41,482 bases of DNA, taken from NCBI GenBank assembly GCA_027023175.1, contig JALVWW010000148.1:1-41482 (forward strand). Direction: 5' to 3'. How positions within the stretch are numbered: position 1 is the first letter of the stretch; every line of letters starts with the position of its first letter. Below the pieces are notes generated by a model. It was not told the DNA's origin. It searched no databases and saw only the letters and a list, made by a program, of their open reading frames with translations. Both the position numbers and the translations under genes were made by a program. Origin of the DNA: Campylobacterales bacterium. GTDB lineage: Bacteria > Campylobacterota > Campylobacteria > Campylobacterales > JALSKU01. Shown here piece after piece: positions 15,812 through 26,214 of the stretch.

Positions 15812-16694
15812 TATCCTCAGCAGTTATCATTTTCATACAGTTGTGATGTTTTAAAGGGCAAGAGCGTTTCATGCAGGGGCTGCAATCTAGCTTTTTGGAT
15901 ACAATAACTCCTTTTTCATTCATCCATTGAGAGGTTTCTTTGTAGTCTGTCGGCCCAAATATCGCAACAGTAGGCACTCCATAGGCTGCAGCTATATGCA
16001 TGGGGCCGCTGTCATTGGTAATAAAACCGCTTAAGCCCCCGATTTTTTCAATAAGCTCTTTTATAGATGTTTTTCCCGCTAGATTTGTAAAATTATTTAT
16101 ATGCAAATTTTCTTCTATCTCTTTGGCTATCTCTATTTCATTTGGACCGCCGAATATAACAATATCATATCCATATTCGTCGGACAGCACATCCGCTACC
16201 GTTGCAAACTCTTTTGGATACCATCTTTTGGCACTTCCGTAAGTTGCTCCTGGATTTAGTCCCACAGTTTTGTTTTTATAAATAAAAGGCTTTTGATAAA
16301 GCTTTAATTTTTGAGGCTTAAAGCCGAGAAATGAGGCATATTTTTCTATCTGATGCCCCTTAAAAGCATTTTTGTCATATTGTAATTTTTCTTTTGCACT
16401 TATAAATTTTAAAAACAGCATACTCATAAATGAGCTTCTAAAACTTATCGCTATATCAAACTGCCCCAGTTGTTTAGCTGTTTTATACAGATAATATACT
16501 CTTGATTTACTCATTTTGCTTTCGTCAATAATACTTTTAATACAGTTTGGATGAGCTTTCAAAGCTTCAGTAGATACGAAAGAGCCAAAAAATGTAAGCT
16601 TTGCTTTTGGATATTTTTTTACAAGTTCCTCTATAGCCGGAGTTGTCATAACAGTATCACCAAGCCAGGTTGGAAGTTCAATGAAGATATTCAT
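15771..16694 (-). CDS. waaF: ADP-heptose--LPS heptosyltransferase II (GT9)
   Basis: 307 aa with N-terminus [22 protein letters not shown] and [11 protein letters not shown]. It is adjacent to gmhA, as in Campylobacter LOS loci. Confidence 0.8.
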   Translation of the reverse strand: MNIFIELPTWLGDTVMTTPAIEELVKKYPKAKLTFFGSFVSTEALKAHPNCIKSIIDESKMSKSRVYYLYKTAKQLGQFDIAISFRSSFMSMLFLKFISAKEKLQYDKNAFKGHQIEKYASFLGFKPQKLKLYQKPFIYKNKTVGLNPGATYGSAKRWYPKEFATVADVLSDEYGYDIVIFGGPNEIEIAKEIEENLHINNFTNLAGKTSIKELIEKIGGLSGFITNDSGPMHIAAAYGVPTVAIFGPTDYKETSQWMNEKGVIVSKKLDCSPCMKRSCPLKHHNCMKMITAEDIISEIRHHQLLGR

Positions 16695-17688
16695 TTATGA
16701 CCTTCATGGTTTTTTTCGCATTTTCTTCTATGGTGAAATTTTGTACTGTTTTAAAATTTTCTTCTTTTGTAAGGTTTAGAGCATTTTCATTTTCCAATAA
16801 ATAATCTATTTTATTTACAACAGAAAAATCCTCAGGTTGTTTCATGATATACTCACCTTTAAGTATTTCGCTAGCACCGTTTTGCATAGTTGTAAAAACT
16901 GCACATTTAAAACTCATGGCCTCCAAAACAACATTTGAAAATGGCTCATAATGGGTAGGAAACAAAAAAATATCCGCCATTGAGTAAAATTTGTCAACAT
17001 CACTTCTAGGACCTGTAAAGATAGCATCAACATGTAGTGAATTTGCCAATTTTTTATAATAATTTAACTTTTTTTCCTTGCCTATTATGATAAATTTAAC
17101 TTTTTGTTTTAACCTTGAAACTATATGCAAAGCCTCTTTTACACCTTTTCTCTCAAATCCGCTACCTACATACAAAATTATTTTTTCATTATTTATGCCA
17201 AACTCTTTTTTAATGTTACTGAACTTGGCTGTCGGTTTTATTTTTATACCGTTATATATGACTACTATTTTATCTGCAGGAATATTATAGGTCTGGATAA
17301 TTTGCTGCTTTATCATGTTGGAGTTGGCAATAATTTTTTTGGAATTGTTAAAACACTTTTTTTCCAAAAAAATATAAACGATATTCAGTGGATTTGTTTT
17401 TCTTTTTTTTCTTTTTACAAACTCTTTGTGCACACCGTCACCCGCACGGTAAATATCTGCGCAACTTATTCTTTCAAGGCTGAAATAAAAACTGTTTTTT
17501 TTTGTAAAACAAACCTGAATATTGAACCAAAGAGCCTTTATCCAACTGGCTAAAAACTTTGGAGCGGTTGAGTTTACCATTTTATATTTAATGTGAGATT
17601 TTCTTAATTCATCTTCCAATCTGGAGAGATAATTTTCGGCTCCTCCAAATTTTGTTTTATTTGATCTAAGAAAGGTTAGCTTTTTCAT
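16678..17688 (-). CDS. Glycosyltransferase family 4 (LOS/LPS core)
   Basis: 336 aa with a GT1/GT4 C-terminal domain and an EX7E-type motif (YEPFSNVVLEAMSF). Confidence 0.75.
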   Translation of the reverse strand: MKKLTFLRSNKTKFGGAENYLSRLEDELRKSHIKYKMVNSTAPKFLASWIKALWFNIQVCFTKKNSFYFSLERISCADIYRAGDGVHKEFVKRKKRKTNPLNIVYIFLEKKCFNNSKKIIANSNMIKQQIIQTYNIPADKIVVIYNGIKIKPTAKFSNIKKEFGINNEKIILYVGSGFERKGVKEALHIVSRLKQKVKFIIIGKEKKLNYYKKLANSLHVDAIFTGPRSDVDKFYSMADIFLFPTHYEPFSNVVLEAMSFKCAVFTTMQNGASEILKGEYIMKQPEDFSVVNKIDYLLENENALNLTKEENFKTVQNFTIEENAKKTMKVINEYLH

Positions 17689-18772
17689 GATCTAGTTTCT
17701 TTAAAAAACTGACTATATTCTTTGCTCTATTTTCCCAAGTAAATTCCCTTGAAGTTTTATAGCCATTCTTTGCTATTTCTTGAAGCCTACTATTATCTAG
17801 AGATAATATATAGTCCAAAGTTTTCTTAAATGATGATTCATTTCCACTCTTGAATAAAAATCCATTTTTTTTGTGTTTTATAATTTCTTTGATTGTTGGG
17901 ATATCTGAAGACAAGACAATATTAGAAGTCATAAGATATTCATATAGTTTTACAGGAGAAGAAAAATATGAAAAATTTGAAGGAATATTCGGTATGACAG
18001 TCAATTTGGCTTCATATAAAATCTTTTTGATACTCTCTTGCGATTTGTATCCTAAAAATTCTACATTTTTTATATTATTTTTTTCTACATATTCTTGTAG
18101 TTCTTTTTTTCTATCACCATCTCCTATAATTTTTAATTTTATTTTTGTATTGGATATAGCTTTGATTAAAAAATCCACTCCTTTCCACGGATAAAAATTG
18201 CCTATATAATATATTTGGTTTATAATGGAAAAATCTTTTTTTATGTAGCTATAACAAAAGTTACATCCATTATGTATAGTTATTTGAGGTATATCTTTTA
18301 TATTAAAGTACTTGTTAAGCTCATCTTTTAGAGTATTATTTATAAAAACTAACCCTGCTGCATTTTGATAAACATATTTTTCTATTTCTCTAGTTTTTTG
18401 ATTTGATTTGTAAAATATCTCATGACATTCAAATATAACATTATAACCTTTTTCTATTAAAAATTTTGCAACTTTTATGTGTCTAGCATAAATATAGTCA
18501 AATTTCTCTGTCCTAAGCTTTTTTAAAAGATTGTGATTAAAAATTTTATTTGATTTTATATATAATAATTTTTTTTGTAATTTTTGTATTTTTAATTTAG
18601 AATTTTTTATATTATAATATTTTAGTATTTTATCTTCTGAATTATTTTCAATGAATAAAGTACAGTCAATGAAATTTGCTATTTCATGGGCAGTGTTTAC
18701 TACTGATATAGATCTGGCATATTTTGAAGGTAAAGTTTCAGGATAAATATAAGCTAGTTTGTACAATGACAT
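17666..18772 (-). CDS. Glycosyltransferase family 4
   Basis: 368 aa with a GT-B C-terminal domain (FSSPVKLYEYLMTSNIVLSSDIP...NGFLF). Very AT-rich. Confidence 0.7.
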   Translation of the reverse strand: MSLYKLAYIYPETLPSKYARSISVVNTAHEIANFIDCTLFIENNSEDKILKYYNIKNSKLKIQKLQKKLLYIKSNKIFNHNLLKKLRTEKFDYIYARHIKVAKFLIEKGYNVIFECHEIFYKSNQKTREIEKYVYQNAAGLVFINNTLKDELNKYFNIKDIPQITIHNGCNFCYSYIKKDFSIINQIYYIGNFYPWKGVDFLIKAISNTKIKLKIIGDGDRKKELQEYVEKNNIKNVEFLGYKSQESIKKILYEAKLTVIPNIPSNFSYFSSPVKLYEYLMTSNIVLSSDIPTIKEIIKHKKNGFLFKSGNESSFKKTLDYILSLDNSRLQEIAKNGYKTSREFTWENRAKNIVSFLKKLDHEKANLS

Positions 18773-18775
18773 AAT

Positions 18776-19276
18776 CTATTTATCCAATGTAGCTATTTTT
18801 TTTGCTGGAATTCCAGCATAGATACTATTAGGTTCAATATTTTTTGTCACCAAGCTATGAGCCGCAACAATACTATTTTTACCTATTGTAACGCCTTGTA
18901 ATATTGTTGAGTTAATCGCAATCCAAACATTTTCTTCTATTATAATTTTATTTTTTATATGATATTTTTTATCTTTTTTTGTATCTAAAGAAGCAGTAAT
19001 AATATTTGATTTTGCGGATAATCTTACATTATTTTTTATATGTACTATATCTCTACAATTTATAAAAACTCCCTCATTAATAGTTACATTATCTTCGATA
19101 ATTAATCTTTTAGGATGTTCTACAACTTTAAATTTTCCATATACTTTAATATTGTTTCCTATTTTGGCACCAAAAAACTTTAATTTTAAAAGTTGTAACC
19201 TATAGATTAAATAAATTAATTTCTCATAATATTTAAACATTGTTATGCCTATAAGTTTTATTAAATTTTTTAACAT
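18776..19276 (-). CDS. Hexapeptide-repeat (LbH) acetyltransferase
   Basis: 166 aa with left-handed beta-helix repeats (IGNNIKVYG, IEENVWIAINSTILQGVTIGKNSIVAAHSLV). The start may be the internal ATG at 19240. Confidence 0.75.
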   Translation of the reverse strand: MLKNLIKLIGITMFKYYEKLIYLIYRLQLLKLKFFGAKIGNNIKVYGKFKVVEHPKRLIIEDNVTINEGVFINCRDIVHIKNNVRLSAKSNIITASLDTKKDKKYHIKNKIIIEENVWIAINSTILQGVTIGKNSIVAAHSLVTKNIEPNSIYAGIPAKKIATLDK

Positions 19277-20621
19277 TTTTTTTAATTTCCTCCTGAGAAA
19301 AAATTAAAAAAAGTATGAGCATAGCTAAAAACTGTTGTAGCTCTTGGTCTCTGAAAATACTATCTATAAACATTCTAAAGGAAAAACCAGTGCTTATAAA
19401 AAGGGACAGTAAAGAAAAATAATTTTCATATTCTATATAATTTTTTAATGAAATATATATGACATAACCTATAAGTCCATACCACAGCATTAGTCCTATA
19501 ATACCGGAGCCCAGTCCCAAGTCTGCAAACCCACTATGTGCTTGCGTAACTCTTATTTTCTCATTTGGATACTTAGCCTTTATTATATTTTTAAAAGCTA
19601 ACTTTGAAAAACCATATCCAAAAGGATTTTCTATGATAAGCTTTATAGATTTAGTTATCCATGCAATTCTCATATAATTAGAACCACTTACTTTTTTACC
19701 ATTTGGTAGGTTTGGCAGTAATTCCGGAATCTCTTTACCTCTCCAAGCACTATATTTTTCAGTATTCATTGCTATCGGAATAGTTTTTATAAGTGTTTGC
19801 CATCGAGGATCATTTTTAAAAGATTTATAAATAAATCCTCCAGTAATCAATGTAAAAGTTATTATTATTAAAACTATTTTCTTGTTTAATCTTTTTCTAT
19901 TTCTAATTATAAGCAAGATAATTAAAGACCCTATTAAAAATGCTACACTAGTTACACCTAATCTTTTTGCCTGAATAACGATAAAGTCAAAAAAAATAAA
20001 TATTGTTATAAGTGAAAAATAAAAATTATCAAAAGGTAAATAATATTTTTTATCTATTATTCGAAAGTATACTTCAACTGTTAAAATTGCTAGTAAAAAA
20101 GCTGTAACAAAATTTAAATTATCAAGCCCAATCATTGCCGGACTTCTTGTTAGTAATTTTCCATGATGTAAAAAATACTTGATCGATTCTAAACCACTAT
20201 AGGCTACATGAATGAATATTGAAAAAAATATTAGCATTAGTATTCTTTGTTTTGAAAAATATTTATTTGTTGTATCGTTAGCTATAACAAAGGCTACAAA
20301 ACCAACTAACATTGGCATAATTAGTTGTGACTTTATCTGTCCCATTGCCTCAAGTGTATATTTGCTAAATATTGCAACAAAAATACTCCATAGAATTAGT
20401 GCAGTATATAATAAAGTAGGTATATATATTGGGGATTCTTTAAAGGTTTGATACTTAAGATTTATATTCTTTGCATAAAAGATAGTAAGTATGAACATTA
20501 AAATTATAACAATATATCTTATTGCAATAGTATGCGGAATGGGATAAATGAAAAACAACAAACCAAATAATGTCAAAATAGCGTATGATAATTTTTGGTT
20601 TGTTAATATATTGTTTAGCAT
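19233..20621 (-). CDS. O-antigen ligase family (WaaL-like) polytopic membrane protein
   Basis: 462 aa with many TM helices and a large loop containing QAHSGFADLGLGSGIIG, typical of the Wzy_C/O-antigen ligase family. Confidence 0.75.
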   Translation of the reverse strand: MLNNILTNQKLSYAILTLFGLLFFIYPIPHTIAIRYIVIILMFILTIFYAKNINLKYQTFKESPIYIPTLLYTALILWSIFVAIFSKYTLEAMGQIKSQLIMPMLVGFVAFVIANDTTNKYFSKQRILMLIFFSIFIHVAYSGLESIKYFLHHGKLLTRSPAMIGLDNLNFVTAFLLAILTVEVYFRIIDKKYYLPFDNFYFSLITIFIFFDFIVIQAKRLGVTSVAFLIGSLIILLIIRNRKRLNKKIVLIIITFTLITGGFIYKSFKNDPRWQTLIKTIPIAMNTEKYSAWRGKEIPELLPNLPNGKKVSGSNYMRIAWITKSIKLIIENPFGYGFSKLAFKNIIKAKYPNEKIRVTQAHSGFADLGLGSGIIGLMLWYGLIGYVIYISLKNYIEYENYFSLLSLFISTGFSFRMFIDSIFRDQELQQFLAMLILFLIFSQEEIKKNVKKFNKTYRHNNV

Positions 20622-21688
20622 ATAAAATTTTTCCTTATAATGGCTGTAATTTTAGCCATATTAAGATTTACAATGCAATCACTTACTTTAGAGCCATTAC
20701 ATCCATCTTCCTTACAAGGAATGCAGTCCCAATTTCTTTGAATGACTATGTGTTTGCCCATAGACTGAATTCCTCTTGTTTTATTATAGCCTGACTCATA
20801 AAGTGTATTATCCCATGGCCCCCAGTGAAATGCTGCACTTGGTCCAAAAAATGCTAAAACAGGTATATTGTTTGCTGCACTTATATGCATAATGGCAGTG
20901 TCAACTCCTATAAAAAATTTAGCTTTACTATTTAGATATGCTGTCTGTTTTAAAGTTAATTTTCCAGATAAATTTATAGGTTTGGTTTTACATAATTTTA
21001 AAATAGAATTTATTCTATCTAACTCTTGCTTGACAGGTGCTGAAGTTAAGATTACTTTTTTATTAAGTTTTATTTCACAGTAGTCAATTATTTTTGCCAT
21101 AGTTGCATCATCTAAACATTTAAAAAGCCATCTAGAAACAGGATGTATATGGATAAAATCACTGCAAGTAAGTATATTATTCACTACACATTCATCTTTT
21201 TTTGTCCAAAAAATCTCTACTTTTTTATTTATTATGGGTAATTTTAGGACTCTTAAGGAGTCCAAATCTATATCTATAATATGCCTTTGTTTGTGTAACG
21301 GCAATATATGTGTAAATATTTTTTTGTATAGAAATTTATTACTTCGATATCCTATTTTTGTCTTTGCTTTGCTTATTAAAGCTAAAAAATTACCTCTTTC
21401 ACCCTTGGTTGTATTTATAACCATATTATACTTTCTATCTCTTATCTTTAAACCAAATTTTATTTCTTCTATAATTCTTTTTATATAGTGTAGTGATTTT
21501 ATTTTTTCCCTATCGTAAATAATTATATCATTAACATTTGGATTTAATGTTATCATCTCTTCTGTACCTTTATTTAAAGCTACATCTATTTTGGCATTTG
21601 GATATGCTTTTTTAAGATTGGATAAAAGAGGAGTTATAAGTAAAACATCGCCTATATTTTTAAATTTAATAACTAATATTTTCATCAT
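20615..21688 (-). CDS. Glycosyltransferase family 9 (heptosyltransferase-like, third GT9 in the locus)
   Basis: 357 aa with KILVIKFKNIGDVLLITPLLSNLK at the N-terminus and GVDTAIMHISAA. Confidence 0.75.
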   Translation of the reverse strand: MMKILVIKFKNIGDVLLITPLLSNLKKAYPNAKIDVALNKGTEEMITLNPNVNDIIIYDREKIKSLHYIKRIIEEIKFGLKIRDRKYNMVINTTKGERGNFLALISKAKTKIGYRSNKFLYKKIFTHILPLHKQRHIIDIDLDSLRVLKLPIINKKVEIFWTKKDECVVNNILTCSDFIHIHPVSRWLFKCLDDATMAKIIDYCEIKLNKKVILTSAPVKQELDRINSILKLCKTKPINLSGKLTLKQTAYLNSKAKFFIGVDTAIMHISAANNIPVLAFFGPSAAFHWGPWDNTLYESGYNKTRGIQSMGKHIVIQRNWDCIPCKEDGCNGSKVSDCIVNLNMAKITAIIRKNFIC

Positions 21689-22829
21689 TTAAAACACCAT
21701 TGTAAACTTTTAACATAAAATCCATCATATATTCAAATGTATTGTACTTGATCGCATGTAAATAAGCATTTTTTGCTAACTCAAGTCTGAGACTTTTATT
21801 TTCAAGTAATAAACTGACTTTTTTTGCCAATTCTTTAGGATTTTTAGGTTTACATAATAAACCAGTTTTATAATCTTGAATCATTTCAGGAAGGCCTCCA
21901 ACATTTGTTGCTACTACATTGCTTTTCATTAAAAAACTTTGTGAGACTAATCTAGTTTGGGCTTCAGTCCCAATTGATGAAATAACAACAATATCGACAA
22001 TTGAAAGATAGTTTTCAATATCTTTTTTATAGCCAATAAATTTTATTCTATTTTTATATGGACTATTATTTAAATAATTTATTATTTTATTTTTATAGGT
22101 TTTTGTATCATTTGTTTCCTCTCCTATTTGCAAAAAAGTTATATTTTTATATTTTTTAGATAATAGTTCACACATTTTTATATAATATATTTGACCTTTG
22201 TCCGGCCTTATCATACCAATATTTGCTATTACTTTATCATTTATAGGTATATTCAACTCTTTTTTAATATTTAATTTATTTTTTATATTTTTTCTATCAA
22301 ACCTTTTCTTGTCTACACCGGCAGGAGCAACAAATATTTTATCTTTATTGTATAGTTTTAATTTAATGATATCAGATTTTATTTTTTCTGCAGTTGTGAC
22401 AATGCTATGGCTTCCATATTTCCAAATAAAAGAATGAAAAAAATCATTTTTTATTGTATCGGTTACATGTCGTGAGCGGATAATTTTAATATTTGTAAAA
22501 AATTTAACAAACATAGCATAGGAAGCATCCCTGCTACTATGTGTATCTAAAATATCAATTTTATTATTTCTTAAAAAAATAATAAGTTTGATAATTTGTA
22601 ATAAGTTAACAGAGCCTCTTATTTTTAACTCAAAATATGGTAAATTTCTTTTTTTTGCCTCCTCTATAATTTTTGAAGATGGTCTGCCTATTATTATACT
22701 TTTATATCCATTGTTAATCAGCCATTCAGTTTGTTCAATTATTCTTAATTCTTGCCCTCCCCAATTGAGGCTGCTTTCAATATGAGCAATATAAGGTTTT
22801 TTGATTTTAAATTGATTTGATTTTTGCAT
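21666..22829 (-). CDS. Glycosyltransferase family 4
   Basis: 387 aa with an N-terminal GGQE motif (NWGGQELR) and a C-terminal GT-B domain (TEAQTRLVSQSFLMKSNVVATNVGGLPE). Confidence 0.75.
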   Translation of the reverse strand: MQKSNQFKIKKPYIAHIESSLNWGGQELRIIEQTEWLINNGYKSIIIGRPSSKIIEEAKKRNLPYFELKIRGSVNLLQIIKLIIFLRNNKIDILDTHSSRDASYAMFVKFFTNIKIIRSRHVTDTIKNDFFHSFIWKYGSHSIVTTAEKIKSDIIKLKLYNKDKIFVAPAGVDKKRFDRKNIKNKLNIKKELNIPINDKVIANIGMIRPDKGQIYYIKMCELLSKKYKNITFLQIGEETNDTKTYKNKIINYLNNSPYKNRIKFIGYKKDIENYLSIVDIVVISSIGTEAQTRLVSQSFLMKSNVVATNVGGLPEMIQDYKTGLLCKPKNPKELAKKVSLLLENKSLRLELAKNAYLHAIKYNTFEYMMDFMLKVYNGVLNDENISY

Positions 22830-23568
22830 ACAAACTCCCTAAAATATTATTTGAAAAAATAAGTATATTTTTTCTTAGCCATTTATCATCTTTTTTCATT
22901 GATATTCTTTTGATGTGTGTTAGATTGTTATCAGGTTTGTTTACTCCTCTTTTTATGGTATACAATATTTCATACCCGACATCTTGAGCCAGCTTTACAA
23001 GCTTATCATCATAACTGCCTCTTGGCCAGCACAAATGTTTTTCTTCGATGCCAAGTCTTTGTTTTATAGTTTTGCAAGATAGAGCCAAATCCTCTTGCCA
23101 TGACAGTTTCTCGTAGTAAAAGTCTCTGTGTGTTGCAGTATGAGAGTGATAATCAAAGATATCTTTACATTTTTCTACTTCGTTCCAATTCATTACGACT
23201 TTTGCAGGGTCTGTTTGTACAATTTTTTTACAAGTATTGTGCTTTAAAGGAGTAAACTCCTCTTTTTTTTCACTTGCCTTATCTATCCACTCGGTTACTA
23301 AAAATATAGTTGCTTTTAGATTGTATTTTTTTAAAACCGGATAGGCATATATTATATTATCTCTCCAACCATCATCAAATGTGATAAAAACAGACTTTTT
23401 TGGAGCCTCAAACTCTCCTTTTTTAAACCTGTAAAATTCATCAGAAGTCAAAGTCTTATAACCGTTTTCATGAAGGTACTTCATCTGTTTTTCAAAATTT
23501 TCTATGCTTGAAGTGATAAAACCCTCTTTGGGCAAAATATGATGATACATTAAAACAGGGATACTCAT
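22807..23568 (-). CDS. Polysaccharide deacetylase (NodB homology domain)
   Basis: 253 aa with VLMYHHI, FITFDDGWRDN and HSHTATH motifs. Confidence 0.8.
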   Translation of the reverse strand: MSIPVLMYHHILPKEGFITSSIENFEKQMKYLHENGYKTLTSDEFYRFKKGEFEAPKKSVFITFDDGWRDNIIYAYPVLKKYNLKATIFLVTEWIDKASEKKEEFTPLKHNTCKKIVQTDPAKVVMNWNEVEKCKDIFDYHSHTATHRDFYYEKLSWQEDLALSCKTIKQRLGIEEKHLCWPRGSYDDKLVKLAQDVGYEILYTIKRGVNKPDNNLTHIKRISMKKDDKWLRKNILIFSNNILGSLYAKIKSI

Positions 23569-24629
23569 CTTGCCAGGCTTTCATAAAGTTGTTGGGTATT
23601 TTTTACCATGGATGATACTGAAAAGTTTTTCAATACAAGCTCTCTTGCAGATTTTGCAAACTCTTCTCTTTTATTTTTGTCTTTTATCAGTATATTCAGT
23701 TTTGTTTTCAAATCATCGATATTTTGGTTTTCAAACAAAAAACCGGTCTTATTGTCTATGATGCACTCAGGAATACCTCCGACTCTGCTCCCGATACAGG
23801 GAACTTTGCAAGATGAAGCTTCAAGAATAGATGTTCCAAGTGCTTCCATATTTGAAGGTAAAACAAATATATCAAAATCAGGCAATATTTTTTCAACATC
23901 TTCTCTGTGTCCAAGCATAGTAACTTTCTCAGAAATATTTTTTTCAAGGATTATTTTTTTTATATTTTGTTCCTGTGGTCCGTCACCGACTATAACAAGA
24001 TGGATATTGTCATCTATCTGAGAAACAGCTTCTAAAAGGTCTTTGTGTCTTTTTGCATTTCTTAAGACTGCTACGATACCGATAATTATACTGTTTTCAT
24101 CAAGGTTTAACTCTTTTTTCAATATTCCATTTCCAGGTTTAAATTTTTCCGTATCTATTCCTGTGTATATGGTGGTCAGTTTATCTTTTTTTACACCTTT
24201 TTCTTTTAAATAGTTTTCTACTTGTTTGCTTACGGCTACTACTTTGGTGCTTAAGTTATATGAGACTGTGCTATTGATAGGAGTTTGCAAATGTCTTGTT
24301 CTGACTACTTTTTTATTTGTAATTTTGCCTACAATCGAACCAAGCCATGCATCTTTTCCGGAATGAGTTGAAATGATATCGATATTGTATTTTTTAACAA
24401 TTTTACATAGATGAAATATAGCTTTGATATCATAGCTTTGCTTCATCTTGAGTGGGATTACTTTTGCATCTATTTTTGATCTGTTTTCATACAGTTTGCT
24501 ATCCGGCTGTACTGCATAAAACAGCTCAAATCTATTTTTGTCCATATTATTGATGAGTCTAACGGTTCTTTTTTCCTGTCCTCCCCAACCTTTGGAAATT
24601 TCCATTTCCAATATTTTTATCTTCTTCAT
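23565..24629 (-). CDS. Glycosyltransferase family 4
   Basis: The track ORF is 23565..24689. I place the start at ATG 24629 (MKKIKILEMEISKGWGGQEK), which forms an ATGA overlap with the upstream GT2 stop. It has a GT-B C-terminal domain (SNMEALGTSILEASSCKVPCIGSRVGGIPE). Confidence 0.75.
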   Translation of the reverse strand: MKKIKILEMEISKGWGGQEKRTVRLINNMDKNRFELFYAVQPDSKLYENRSKIDAKVIPLKMKQSYDIKAIFHLCKIVKKYNIDIISTHSGKDAWLGSIVGKITNKKVVRTRHLQTPINSTVSYNLSTKVVAVSKQVENYLKEKGVKKDKLTTIYTGIDTEKFKPGNGILKKELNLDENSIIIGIVAVLRNAKRHKDLLEAVSQIDDNIHLVIVGDGPQEQNIKKIILEKNISEKVTMLGHREDVEKILPDFDIFVLPSNMEALGTSILEASSCKVPCIGSRVGGIPECIIDNKTGFLFENQNIDDLKTKLNILIKDKNKREEFAKSARELVLKNFSVSSMVKNTQQLYESLAR

Positions 24630-25324
24630 TTGATGTACTTCCAAAATGTGTATTGTGCATATAATTTTGCTATTACAAAACCCCTCCACCCTTCTAAAAA
24701 ACCTTTTTTGATGATAAAGATTTTAAAAAAAGTCCAGTAGGGGTTTATAACGGCTTTTAGTCTGTTTTTCCTGGCATTGAGTGATGAGTATCTGTTTTGT
24801 TTTTCTATAAATTCATCGATGCTTTCATATGCAAAGTGTAGCATATGATATTTTAATGTACCCACATCACCATCAATCATCACTTTTTCATGAACTTCAT
24901 CACTGCTGAACTTTCCGAAATTTTTATCAAAAAGTCTTATAGTGTAGTCTGGATAAAGACCGCAATGATAAACAGGCTTTCCAAAGAAATAGTTTAGTCT
25001 TGCAACTTTGTAGCCTTTGTATTTTGGATTTTTTAAGACAGAGAGTATCTCCTGTTGCAATTTTTCAGTTATCACTTCATCACTATCAAGTACAAAAACC
25101 CACTCATTTTTGCAATTATCAACCGCAAACTGTTTTTGTTTACCAAAACCCATCCACTCTTTTTGTAAAATTTTACATCCAAGATTTTTACAAATTTGTA
25201 CCGTGTTATCCTCCGAACCACTGTCGACAACTACCACTTCATCTGCAAACAGAGCTGATGATACACATTTTTTGATAGTTTTTTCACTGTTTTTTGTGAT
25301 AATGGCTACTGAGAGTTTATTCAT
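24626..25324 (-). CDS. Glycosyltransferase family 2 (LPS core, WaaE/KdtX-like)
   Basis: 232 aa with LSVAIITKNSEKTI, VVDSGSEDNT and the DxD motif VLDSDE. Confidence 0.78.
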   Translation of the reverse strand: MNKLSVAIITKNSEKTIKKCVSSALFADEVVVVDSGSEDNTVQICKNLGCKILQKEWMGFGKQKQFAVDNCKNEWVFVLDSDEVITEKLQQEILSVLKNPKYKGYKVARLNYFFGKPVYHCGLYPDYTIRLFDKNFGKFSSDEVHEKVMIDGDVGTLKYHMLHFAYESIDEFIEKQNRYSSLNARKNRLKAVINPYWTFFKIFIIKKGFLEGWRGFVIAKLYAQYTFWKYIK

Positions 25325-26214
25325 TTATATATCTCTTCATACTGATTTTTCCATTTTTTGTGAAACCAAAACCACTCATCCGGTTTTTTTCTGATGGCTT
25401 TTTCCATGGCATCGGATTGTTTTTGGGTTAACTCCAATATATCTTTGTCGATATCATCACTTTTTATCGGTGTAATTTTATCATAAAAAGTAATTTGAAA
25501 GTTTTTGTAGTCATCTGTCGTGATAAAAAGCGGTATGATAACCGCACCGAATTTTCTTGAAAGCAGAGCCGTACTGTGGGACTGTCTGGCTTTTTTACCA
25601 AAAAAATCCACCAAAACACCCTCTTTTTCAGCGGTATTTTGATCTACCAAAAGGCCAAGTATTCTTCCGTTTTTCAATGCTTTTATCATTCCTTTCATTG
25701 CCCCGTTTTTATCCAGTAGCTCTATATCAAACTGTTCACGGTTCTTTTTCAATACTTTGTTTAAATGCTTGCCCTCCAACACCCTTCCTACGGCTGTAGC
25801 TTTTCCGAAAAATGCACCTATGCTTAGTGCTATAAGCTCCCAGTTTCCGTAATGGGCAGTAATGAGTATAACTTTTTCACCGTTTTTAAGAGCATTTTTT
25901 AAAACCTCTTCATTTTTGAAGGTTATCTTTTTTGCCAGTTTTTCTTTTGTGATGCCTTGATTTTCTATAAAATCTGCCAAAAAATAGACCAAATTCTTAT
26001 AGCATTTTTTTATAATCCTCTGTTTTTCCTCTTCATCCATACTTTGTCCGTAAGCAAAGTCAAGGTTGGTTTTTATAATTTTCCTGTGTTTTTTATCAAA
26101 CAGGTATATAACCCATGCCAAAAAATTTAAAACAGGATGCAAAATAAAATCAGGCGTATATTTGACAATAAAGTTGAAACTATAAAAACCAAAAAGATAT
26201 ATCCAATCTAACAT
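25321..26214 (-). CDS. lpxL: Lipid A biosynthesis late (lauroyl/myristoyl) acyltransferase (HtrB/WaaM family)
   Basis: 297 aa with an N-terminal TM and an HYGNWE motif. It is adjacent to waaC, as in Campylobacter. Confidence 0.82.
   Translation of the reverse strand: MLDWIYLFGFYSFNFIVKYTPDFILHPVLNFLAWVIYLFDKKHRKIIKTNLDFAYGQSMDEEEKQRIIKKCYKNLVYFLADFIENQGITKEKLAKKITFKNEEVLKNALKNGEKVILITAHYGNWELIALSIGAFFGKATAVGRVLEGKHLNKVLKKNREQFDIELLDKNGAMKGMIKALKNGRILGLLVDQNTAEKEGVLVDFFGKKARQSHSTALLSRKFGAVIIPLFITTDDYKNFQITFYDKITPIKSDDIDKDILELTQKQSDAMEKAIRKKPDEWFWFHKKWKNQYEEIYK

Noticed and set aside
24630-24689. 20-codon N-terminal extension of the GT4 ORF (MEGFCNSKIICTIHILEVHQ)
   Set aside because: The extension overlaps the upstream GT2 coding region. 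The internal ATG at 24629 gives the family-typical MKKIKIL..GWGGQE start and an ATGA stop/start overlap.
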